Below are positions 21,063 through 29,432 of a DNA stretch of 32,000 nt, piece by piece. Position 1 is the stretch's first letter. Each line of letters begins with the position of its first letter. The notes below the pieces were generated by a model, which saw nothing but the letters and a program-made list of their open reading frames with translations, did no database searches and was not told the origin of the DNA. The translations under genes and the position numbers were made by a program. The stretch is from Candidatus Blochmanniella floridana (GTDB lineage: Bacteria; Pseudomonadota; Gammaproteobacteria; Enterobacterales; Enterobacteriaceae), in contig BX248583.1 in NCBI GenBank assembly GCA_000043285.1, positions 150,001-182,000 on the forward strand, given 5' to 3'.

Positions 21063-21084
21063 ATGACATAATATGTTATTTTTT
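21063..21084 (+). terminator. Weak candidate intrinsic terminator after lpxC
   Basis: A 7-bp stem (21063-21069 pairs with 21073-21079, including one G-U and only one G-C pair) has a 3-nt loop and is followed by TTTTT (21080-21084). It lies 31 nt after the lpxC stop. The stem is AT-rich, so the prediction is weak. Confidence 0.2.
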
Positions 21085-21409
21085 GTGTTATCTATTTTAA
21101 TTTTATCGTGTTTTTATAAATCCGTTTTATATGTACAAAATATGGATGGATAGTTTATGTATTGGATAGAGTGATGGAGGTTTAAATATATTATGTACTA
21201 TTATTATAAAGTATGTTGTGATAAAAAAATTATATTGATTAAAAGTACATTTATACTGCAAATATATAATGAGTGTAGCATTTATAATACTTTTTAAAAA
21301 TATATAGTTATACTTTATTTAATAGAGTTTAATATGTAATTAAATTTATTATTGTCTTATATTATGAATATAATAGGTTATTATTTATTTAAAATTTTAA
21401 ATTTTTATT

Positions 21410-23932
21410 ATGATATTTACATTGAAATTATTTAAAAAATTGTTTAGAAATCGTAATGAACGTATCTTAGTTCATATGAAAAAAATAGTAGATATGATAA
21501 ATTATATGGAAAAAGATATGGAAAAATTGAATGATAATCAGTTGTCAAATAAAACTAATGAATTTCGCATGCAGATTAAATCTGGAATTAATATAGAAGA
21601 ATTGTTACCTCAAGCGTTTGCAGTAGTGCGTGAATCTGTGAAAAGAATTTTTAATATACGTCTTTTTGACGTGCAAATGTTAGGAGGTATTGTATTAAAT
21701 AATCGTTGTATTGCTGAGATGCGTACTGGAGAGGGTAAAACTTTGACTGCTACTTTGCCTGCTTATTTAAATGCTTTAACTGGAAAGGGTGTGCATATTG
21801 TGACAGTAAATAATTATTTAGCACATAGAGATGCTACATATAATCAGCCTTTGTTTGAATTTTTAGGATTGAATGTAGGTATTAATTTGCCTGGACAAAC
21901 AGTGTGTGCTAAAAAAATAGCATATGAATCAGATATTACATATGGGACAAATAATGAATATGGATTTGATTATTTAAGAGATAATATGGTATTTAATGTT
22001 AAAGAACAGGTGCAACGAGAGTTACATTATGCATTAATAGATGAGGTAGATTCTATTTTAATCGATGAAGCGCGTACTCCTCTTATTATTTCTGGTCCGT
22101 CGGATGATGCATCATTATCATATTTAAAAATTAATGAATTAGTGTGTAATATAATAAAAAGAAATATTGATCATTGTAAATATCCTGAAAAAGAAGAGTA
22201 TTTCACTGTTGATGAAAAGTCTCGACAAGTTGTATTAACCGAGATAGGATTAATATTAATAGAAAAGTTATTAATTGAGTCTGGAATGATGGGGATGGGT
22301 GAATCTTTATATTCTTCAGATAATATTATATTATTACATCATGTTAATTCAGCATTACGTGCTCATATTTTATTTGCATGTGAAGTAGATTATATAGTTA
22401 AAAATGGAGAAATATTAATTATTGATGAGCATACAGGACGTGTTATGCCAGGACGTCGTTGGTCAGATGGATTGCATCAGGCAATAGAAGCTAAAGAGCG
22501 AGTAAGAATTCAAAATGAGAATCAAACCTTGGCTTCAATTACGTTTCAAAATTATTTTCGATTATATGAAAAGTTATCTGGTATGACTGGTACTGCTAGT
22601 ACGGAATCTTTTGAGTTTAAATCCATTTATAAACTAGATACTGTTGTTATACCTACTAATCAACCTATGATTCGTATTGATTTTCCTGATGTGATTTATA
22701 TGACTGAAATTGAAAAGATTAATGCTATTGTTAGTGATATTAAAGATTGTGTTAATCGAAAGCAACCTGTTTTAGTTGGTACAGTATCCATTGATAAATC
22801 TGAAATTATTTCACGTGCTTTAAAAAAGGAAGGGATTTTACATAAGGTTTTGAATGCTAAAATTCATGCTGCTGAGGCGGATATTATAGCTCAAGCAGGA
22901 TATCCAGGAGCGGTAACTATTGCTACTAATATGGCTGGTCGTGGAACTGATATTGTGTTAGGAGGAAATTGGAGATCAGAAATTGCTGCATTACGTAATG
23001 CAAATACACATGCTATGTTACGCATTAAATCTGATTGGAAAGAACGTCATGATTCGGTATTGAAATCAGGAGGATTACATGTTATTGGTACTGAACGCCA
23101 TGAATCCCGTCGCATTGATAATCAACTTAGGGGTAGATCTGGGCGTCAGGGTGATGCGGGTTCATCTCGGTTTTATTTATCTATGGAAGATTCATTAATA
23201 CGAATTTTTGCTTCTAATAAGTTAGTTGATTTGATGAAAAGAATGGGTATGAAATCGGGAGAATCTATTGAACATCCATGGATTACTAAAGCTATTGCTC
23301 ATGCGCAAAAGAAAGTAGAAAGTCGTAATTTTGATATAAGAAAACAATTATTGGAATATGACGATGTAGCTAATGATCAGCGTCGAGTTATTTATGAGCA
23401 ACGAAATAAATTATTAGCTATGTTGGATGTGAGTGAGGTAATACATAATATTCGATATGATGTTGTTGATAGAATATTGAATATTTATATTCCTTTAGAA
23501 ATTATAGAAAATAAAAAAGATTTAATTAAATTAGAAAAGTGTTTAAAAGATGATTTTAATTTAGTTTTATCGTTTTCGGAACAGTTAGATGAAGATACTT
23601 CATTATATGAAGGTAAAGAAAAAATACGAGTTTGTATATTAACAGAAATGATAAAACAATATAAATGTGTAAAAGAAATGGTTGGAATAAATGTAATGAA
23701 TGCGATTGAAAAGGGAATTATTTTAAAGACTTTTGATGCATTATGGAAAGAGCATTTAGCATCAATGGATTATTTAAGACAAGGTATTCATTTACGAGGT
23801 TACGCTCAAAAGGATCCGAAACAAGAGTATAAAAAAGAGTCATTTTCTATGTTTAAAAAAATGTTAGATCATTTACAGTATGAAATAATTAGTGAAATTA
23901 GTAAGCTGCAAAAATTGAATCGTTCAAATTAA
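21410..23932 (+). CDS. secA: Protein translocase ATPase SecA (lacks the C-terminal zinc-finger tail)
   Basis: 840-aa [23 protein letters not shown] (Walker A), [29 protein letters not shown] and [15 protein letters not shown] are collinear with E. coli SecA up to about ...[11 protein letters not shown], where the ORF ends. Confidence 0.97.
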   Translation: MIFTLKLFKKLFRNRNERILVHMKKIVDMINYMEKDMEKLNDNQLSNKTNEFRMQIKSGINIEELLPQAFAVVRESVKRIFNIRLFDVQMLGGIVLNNRCIAEMRTGEGKTLTATLPAYLNALTGKGVHIVTVNNYLAHRDATYNQPLFEFLGLNVGINLPGQTVCAKKIAYESDITYGTNNEYGFDYLRDNMVFNVKEQVQRELHYALIDEVDSILIDEARTPLIISGPSDDASLSYLKINELVCNIIKRNIDHCKYPEKEEYFTVDEKSRQVVLTEIGLILIEKLLIESGMMGMGESLYSSDNIILLHHVNSALRAHILFACEVDYIVKNGEILIIDEHTGRVMPGRRWSDGLHQAIEAKERVRIQNENQTLASITFQNYFRLYEKLSGMTGTASTESFEFKSIYKLDTVVIPTNQPMIRIDFPDVIYMTEIEKINAIVSDIKDCVNRKQPVLVGTVSIDKSEIISRALKKEGILHKVLNAKIHAAEADIIAQAGYPGAVTIATNMAGRGTDIVLGGNWRSEIAALRNANTHAMLRIKSDWKERHDSVLKSGGLHVIGTERHESRRIDNQLRGRSGRQGDAGSSRFYLSMEDSLIRIFASNKLVDLMKRMGMKSGESIEHPWITKAIAHAQKKVESRNFDIRKQLLEYDDVANDQRRVIYEQRNKLLAMLDVSEVIHNIRYDVVDRILNIYIPLEIIENKKDLIKLEKCLKDDFNLVLSFSEQLDEDTSLYEGKEKIRVCILTEMIKQYKCVKEMVGINVMNAIEKGIILKTFDALWKEHLASMDYLRQGIHLRGYAQKDPKQEYKKESFSMFKKMLDHLQYEIISEISKLQKLNRSN

Positions 23933-24824
23933 TAAAAGGTTAAGTTAGTTTTTATTAAAAAAAGTAGATAATATTGTTATGGTAGTAGTGGGATTAAGAG
24001 AATAATGCGTGATGAATAAGCGTATTATATATTATATTGATTTAATTTGTTGAATATGATTTCAGGAATATATAGAAAATGAGATTTGTATATTGTTTTT
24101 TTAGAAAAAACGTGAATTTATTGACATAGACAAGATATATATTTGTAAGAATAATGTAATGAAAATTTTCTGATTTGTCCTATATATAATATAGGAGTAT
24201 ATTATATTGGTCATGACTGAAGTTGTACTGTTTTAGGCATGAATAAGAAGTTTGTATAATTGTATATATTAAATTTAATAATATTGCATATTTTTAATGT
24301 AGAGGTTAGAAGTATAAATCAAAGAAAGATAATGTTAATTGTGATTTAAATAGTTTTTGATAATTAAATATAGATCTGTGAGTTCGTAATTTTTTATTTT
24401 AGTACATGTATAGAGTATAATGATGTTGGTAAATAATATTCTTGTTATTTAATAGTTAAATATTAATTTTGATAAAATTAGTTAAATGATTCGTATTATT
24501 AAGATAATGAATTCATTTTTAGTTAAATGATGTCAAAAATATTATTTTGTTATGTATATTGATTGAATATTTAATTTATCGAATATTATGTAAAATATTA
24601 AGACTATATTCATTAATATAGATTTGGTATAATATGTATTATAATGAATTTATAAAGTGATGATTTATTTGTGTATATATGGTATAAGAAGAAGATATTA
24701 GAATATAATTTTGTTTTATAAGTTAAGCGATATATTATTTTCCTCATTTTATTTGTATAAAATTCAAATGTATATAGTATTATAGTTTTATTTATTGAAT
24801 TGTTAAAATAATTTATATATTTTT

Positions 24825-24853
24825 TTGAAATATTTAGTGTATATTTTTATTAT
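24825..24853 (+). promoter_or_regulatory. Candidate sigma70 promoter upstream of dksA (TTGAAA, 17-nt spacer, TATTAT)
   Basis: TTGAAA lies at 24825-24830 and TATTAT at 24848-24853, about 120 nt upstream of the dksA ATG. Chance occurrence is likely in AT-rich DNA. Confidence 0.15.
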
Positions 24854-24972
24854 ATAAATTTAAATAATCATGTATATCATCATCAATGAATAATATTTAG
24901 TTATGTGGATGACGATGATGTTTAAAAATTTTTATGTTGATTATAGTGAATATATAAGATTGTGGAGTATAT

Positions 24973-25434
24973 ATGTTGAAAAAAAATGTTGAAAAAAAAG
25001 GTTCTTTTTTGAATGCTTTAATAATTGCTGGAGTGAAACCGTATGAGCGACAACCAGATGAAGCATATATGAGTAAAAACCAACTTTTGCATTTTAAATC
25101 TATTTTACATGCATGGAAAGAACAGTTAGAAATGGATATAAAGTATTCTGTGTTGCGTATGAAAGATGAGGTTTCTGTAAATTTTCCAGATCCAATAGAT
25201 CGAGCGGTACAAGAGGAGGAATTTAATATTGAATTGCGTAATCGGGATAGAGAGCGAAAATTGATAAAGAAAATTGAAAAGACTTTAAAAAAAATAGATA
25301 TAAAAGAATTTGGATTTTGTGCGTTATGCGATATAGAAATTGGAGTGAGACGTTTAGAAGCTAATCCAGTAGCAGATTTATGTATTGATTGCCAAACTTT
25401 AGAAGAAATTAAAAAGAAACAAATGATTGGTTAA
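24973..25434 (+). CDS. dksA: RNA polymerase-binding transcription factor DksA
   Basis: 153-aa ORF. The coiled-coil tip motif DPIDRAVQEEE, NRDRERKLIKKIEKTLKK (identical to E. coli) and the C4 zinc finger CALC...CIDC are present. GGAG lies 5 nt upstream of the ATG. Confidence 0.96.
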   Translation: MLKKNVEKKGSFLNALIIAGVKPYERQPDEAYMSKNQLLHFKSILHAWKEQLEMDIKYSVLRMKDEVSVNFPDPIDRAVQEEEFNIELRNRDRERKLIKKIEKTLKKIDIKEFGFCALCDIEIGVRRLEANPVADLCIDCQTLEEIKKKQMIG

Positions 25435-25494
25435 ATATAGAATATAGTAATAGTATAATCTAATAATGTGTAAAATATATGGGAAGTGAAGAAC

Positions 25495-25989
25495 ATGGAA
25501 TATGCTTGGATTGGAATAGGTAGTAATTTATTAAATCCAAAAAAACAAGTAGATCAAGCAATACAGGCTTTATCGCAACTTCCAAAAACTGAATTTATTT
25601 CGTGTTCAAAATATTATCGTAGTCGTCCATTAGGTTATCATAAACAGCCTGATTTTTTAAATACAATAGTTATATTATATACTGATTTGAGACCAGAATT
25701 ATTATTAGATTATATGCAGGAAATAGAGAATCAACAAGGACGAGTTCGAAAGTTTGCAACGTGTTGTAATAGCTATCCTCGTACATTAGATTTAGATATT
25801 TTATTGTTTGGTCAATATAGAATATGTACACCAAAATTAGTTATCCCGCATTATGATATGATGAATAGAGAATTTATTATGTATCCTTTAGCTGAGTTGG
25901 ATCAAAAATTAGTTTTGCCTAATGGGAAATGTATTGCAGATATTATTAGAGGTTTTCCTAAAAAGGGATTAACTATTTGGGATAATTAA
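25495..25989 (+). CDS. folK: 2-amino-4-hydroxy-6-hydroxymethyldihydropteridine pyrophosphokinase
   Basis: The ATG at 25495 gives MEYAWIGIGSNL, matching E. coli MTVAYIAIGSNL. The ORF-track start is an upstream GTG at 25486. QQGRVRK, PRTLDLDILLFG and IPHYDMMNREF are conserved. Confidence 0.92.
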   Translation: MEYAWIGIGSNLLNPKKQVDQAIQALSQLPKTEFISCSKYYRSRPLGYHKQPDFLNTIVILYTDLRPELLLDYMQEIENQQGRVRKFATCCNSYPRTLDLDILLFGQYRICTPKLVIPHYDMMNREFIMYPLAELDQKLVLPNGKCIADIIRGFPKKGLTIWDN

Positions 25990-26599
25990 TTTTTACTGTT
26001 ATAAATGATAACTATCATTGTATAGTTAAATTATTATATAATTTATTTTATAAATAGATGATGTTAAATATAGGTATATACAATATAATAACTATTATAT
26101 AATAGTCTGATATCAAACACGAAAAGACAATTTCTGTTGTTAGTAAATTCGGTAAATATAATTCTATAGTTAAAAATGAAATAGTATTAATATACTAATT
26201 AAAATAAATTATTTTGTAAAGGTGAAGTATATTGTTTTATAAGTTGTATATTGTATTGGTATAAACAAGATTGTAAGAATTTTGTTTAGTATAAATTGAT
26301 TATTAAAGTTAGATAATACAACTGTACGTAATGTTTAAAATAATGTGATATTTAAATTTAATTTGCAATGTGTGTTATTAGTATTTAAGTTTGTGTTAAG
26401 AAGTTGTTATAATTTTAATGTGTAAGATTGAGAAACAATATTAAGCGTATATAGTGATACTGTATTTGAATTGTATGTTTATTGCATTTTTGATGATTTA
26501 GTTTAATCAGATGTACGTATTAGAGTTGTATGTAAGTTTGTTTAAATTTCGTATCATTAAATGCTATTTAAATAGTTTCATTTTGTATAAAATGAGAAA

Positions 26600-28012
26600 T
26601 TATGTATTTATGGATTTATTATAAATAGATGCAGCTAGTTCTATTGATTCATATAAAGTAGGATGAGCGTGAATAGTTAGAGTAATATCTTCCACATCAC
26701 ATCCCATTTCAATTGCTAATGCTATCTCTCCTATTATTTCGCTTGCATGTAAGCCTATAACCGAACCTCCTATTATTCTGTGTGTATTTTTATCAAAGAT
26801 TAATTTCGTTATTCCCTCAGTATAATTAGAGGTAATCGCTTTTCCTAAAGAATTCCATGGAAAGGTTACAGACGCATATTTTATGTTTTTAGTTTGAGCT
26901 TCTTTTTCAGTATACCCTACCCAAGCAATTTCTGGATCAGAATATATTACTCCTGGAATCACTGTAGAATCGAAATAATATTTTTTTCCAGAAATAACTT
27001 CTGATACTATATGTCCTTCATGTATGCTTTTATGTGCTAACATTGGATTTCCAACAATATCTCCAATTGCAAAGATATTTGATATGTTTGTACGCATTTG
27101 TTTATCTACAGATATAAACCCATTTTTATTTGTTTGTATTCCAATACCATCAAGATTTAACTCTTTACTATTTGGAAATCGGCCAATAGCAATTAATACT
27201 GCATCATATCGATGAGTTTTTTTTGTATTTGGATCTAATTTATTTGTTGTAATTACATCAATTCCATTTGGTTTACTGTTAAATGCATGTACTTGAGTAT
27301 TTACGGTACAATTTATTGATTTTTTGATAAGATTTTTAGAAAAAAGATTTATAATGTCTTTATCTAATATAGGCATGATTTGATCAGAGGCTTCCATTAA
27401 ATCTACTTTGCTTCCTAAAGAATGGTATACAGTGGACATTTCTAATCCAATAGCCCCTGATCCAATTATCAATAGTTTTTCAGGAATAAATTTTAATTCT
27501 AATGCATCAGTTGAATTCCAAATACGATGATCATTTGGACTAAACGGTAATGATGTAGGATGAGACCCTGTTGCTATGATAGCATAATCAAAAATAACTT
27601 TTATGATCTCTTTATCGCAAGATACTTGGAGAGTATGTTTATTGATAAATGTACCAAAACCATATATGATTTTGATATTTCGTTTTGCTGTAGCTATAGA
27701 GTTTAAATTATTTGATAGTTTCTTGATTATATCATTTTTCCATAAACGTATTTTGTTTATATCCAATTGAATGTTAGTTATGTTTTTTGAAATATTAAAT
27801 TCATTTAAGTCTGAGTTTGTTTGGATTAATTTTGAAATATGTAATAATGCTTTAGATGGAATACAGCCAACATTTAAGCATACTCCACCTAAATTAGGAT
27901 AACGTTCGACAAGTATAGTATTAATTCCTAAATCAGCACATCTAAAAGCTGCTGAATAACCTCCAGGTCCTGAACCTAAAACAAGAACTTGTGTTTCTAT
28001 TTGTATACTCAT
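26600..28012 (-). CDS. lpdA: Dihydrolipoyl dehydrogenase (E3)
   Basis: 470-aa ORF. The FAD-binding motif GSGPGGYSAAFR, the redox-active disulfide GGVCLNVGCIPSK and the C-terminal HAHPTLYES are present. It is adjacent to aceF. Confidence 0.96.
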   Translation of the reverse strand: MSIQIETQVLVLGSGPGGYSAAFRCADLGINTILVERYPNLGGVCLNVGCIPSKALLHISKLIQTNSDLNEFNISKNITNIQLDINKIRLWKNDIIKKLSNNLNSIATAKRNIKIIYGFGTFINKHTLQVSCDKEIIKVIFDYAIIATGSHPTSLPFSPNDHRIWNSTDALELKFIPEKLLIIGSGAIGLEMSTVYHSLGSKVDLMEASDQIMPILDKDIINLFSKNLIKKSINCTVNTQVHAFNSKPNGIDVITTNKLDPNTKKTHRYDAVLIAIGRFPNSKELNLDGIGIQTNKNGFISVDKQMRTNISNIFAIGDIVGNPMLAHKSIHEGHIVSEVISGKKYYFDSTVIPGVIYSDPEIAWVGYTEKEAQTKNIKYASVTFPWNSLGKAITSNYTEGITKLIFDKNTHRIIGGSVIGLHASEIIGEIALAIEMGCDVEDITLTIHAHPTLYESIELAASIYNKSINT

Positions 28013-28140
28013 AATTTTGTTATTTCTCTTAATTATTGATTATGTACATTTTAACAAAATAAATATTATTATATAACATTATTTGAAAATAAATACTGAT
28101 TTATGATGTTATTTGTAATTTTAAATCATTGTATAATTGA

Positions 28141-29418
28141 TTATATAGATAGTAATCGTATGTCAGAAATTATTTTATTAATTCGGTTAATAAACTTAGC
28201 TCCATCAGCTCCATTAATAACACGGTGATCATATGATAGAGATAAAGGTAACATGAGGCGTGGTATAAATTTTTTTCCGGTCCATACTGGTTTCATAATA
28301 GCTTGAGATATACCTAAAATAGCTACTTCTGGAGCATTGATAATGGGGGTAAATAATGTACCTCCGATTCCTCCTAAATTAGATATAGTAAAAGTTCCTC
28401 CTTGTATGTCAAGAGGAGTTAAATGTTTACCAACTCGCGCTTTTTGAGAAATTTCTAATAGCTCTTTAGATAAAGTAGTAATATTTTTTTTGTCTGTATT
28501 TTGAAGAACAGGTACTAATAAACCTCTTTTAGTATCTACTGCAATTCCGATATTAATGTATTTTTTTAAAATTAGTGTATGCCCATCTTGTGATAAAGAG
28601 CTATTGAATTGAGGTAATTCTTGTAGTGCTTTGGATACTGCTTTGATTACAAAAACTAACATTGTAATCTTGTAATTAAGTTTATTTTTTTTAATTTCAA
28701 AATTTTGTTGTTTTCGGAAGATTTCTAAAGAAGTAATATCAACCATATCGAATTGTGTTACATGTGGAATGATAGACCAATTTTTTTGTAGATTAGAAGC
28801 AGAAATTTTTTGTATTTTGTTTAATTGTATAGTTTCAGTATGACCAAATTTACTGAAATTTGTATCTGGATGTAAAGAAGATATATTTTTATTGATCGGA
28901 TTATAGTCCATAGTTTTTGTGGAAGTATTGCTGAGATATTTTTGAATATCTTCTTTAAGTATACGTCCTTTACGGCCGCTGCCTTGAATGTGAGATAAGT
29001 TGATGTCAAATTTTCGAGCCATATGACGAATAAATGGTGTAGCATGTGTAGGTATATTATTATTTGAGATAGATGTAATATGGTATTTTTGTATATCTGT
29101 ATTGTTATCAATGATATTATTGTTAATATTTGGTTCATTTTTGGTATTTTGTTTTGTTTGTATAGATTGATCGAGATCATGAGTTTTAATTATATCTAAA
29201 GATATAATTAAGGTTCCTGTTTGAACTTTATCTCCTACTTGAACATGAATTTTAGTAATAATGCCAGCATAAGGTGATGGAATTTCTGTAGATGATTTAT
29301 CACCTTCAATTATAAGTAAAGGTTGATTAATATCAATATTGTCTCCATTTTTTATAAATATTTCAGTAACTTCTAATTCATTTTCACCAATATTTGGTAC
29401 GTTAATGTTGATCACCAT
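28141..29418 (-). CDS. aceF: Pyruvate dehydrogenase E2 dihydrolipoamide acetyltransferase, single lipoyl domain
   Basis: 425-aa ORF. It has one lipoyl domain with lipoyl-lysine in IIEGDKSSTEIPSP, an Asn-rich linker, the E3-binding domain ATPFIRHMARKFDINLSHIQGSGRKGRILKEDIQKYL, and a catalytic domain with SLSYDHRVINGADGAKF. Confidence 0.95.
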   Translation of the reverse strand: MVININVPNIGENELEVTEIFIKNGDNIDINQPLLIIEGDKSSTEIPSPYAGIITKIHVQVGDKVQTGTLIISLDIIKTHDLDQSIQTKQNTKNEPNINNNIIDNNTDIQKYHITSISNNNIPTHATPFIRHMARKFDINLSHIQGSGRKGRILKEDIQKYLSNTSTKTMDYNPINKNISSLHPDTNFSKFGHTETIQLNKIQKISASNLQKNWSIIPHVTQFDMVDITSLEIFRKQQNFEIKKNKLNYKITMLVFVIKAVSKALQELPQFNSSLSQDGHTLILKKYINIGIAVDTKRGLLVPVLQNTDKKNITTLSKELLEISQKARVGKHLTPLDIQGGTFTISNLGGIGGTLFTPIINAPEVAILGISQAIMKPVWTGKKFIPRLMLPLSLSYDHRVINGADGAKFINRINKIISDIRLLSI

Positions 29419-29432
29419 TATGATATCTCTTT

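Noticed and set aside
21193-21297. 34-codon ORF (MYYYYKVCCDKKIILIKSTFILQIYNECSIYNTF) preceded by GGAGG in the lpxC-secA spacer, considered as a SecM replacement or leader peptide.
   Set aside because: The SD-to-ATG spacing is long (12 nt). There is no SecM arrest motif, the composition looks like random AT-rich translation, and I cannot test conservation here. It is kept only as a note within the secM finding.
23930-23957. TAATAAAA...TTTTATTA 8-bp dyad after the secA stop, considered as a terminator.
   Set aside because: The stem is all A-T with a 12-nt loop. It would be too unstable to call.
23979-24005. 8-codon ORF MVVVGLRE just downstream of secA, considered as a relic of the mutT N-terminus.
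   Set aside because: The match to MutT (IAVGIIRNE) covers only about 5 residues, and no Nudix-box remnant could be traced downstream. This is too weak to call a pseudogene.
24184-24207. Perfect 10-bp hairpin ATATAATATA-GGAG-TATATTATAT in the secA-dksA spacer.
   Set aside because: It is composed solely of alternating A/T simple sequence, which forms dyads trivially. It is far from any gene end or start.
24453-24531. The motif TAGTTAAAT occurs three times (24453, 24479, 24520), including an exact 13-mer TTAGTTAAATGAT repeated at 24478 and 24519.
   Set aside because: A rough composition-aware estimate gives about 0.4 expected exact 13-mer repeats per kb of such DNA. The spacing is irregular (26 and 41 nt), so this is not distinguishable from chance.
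24876-24919. Imperfect hairpin ATCATCATCA...TGACGATGAT (10 bp with one mismatch, 24-nt loop) about 55 nt upstream of dksA.
   Set aside because: The mismatch and large loop make it thermodynamically weak. No T-run or RBS sequestration is apparent.
27024-27215. 63-aa plus-strand ORF antisense to lpdA.
   Set aside because: It is embedded in the conserved lpdA and is probably a chance open frame.
28821-29180. 119-aa minus-strand ORF overlapping aceF in another frame.
   Set aside because: It coincides with the Asn-rich low-complexity linker region of aceF. The aceF frame carries the conserved domains and this frame does not.
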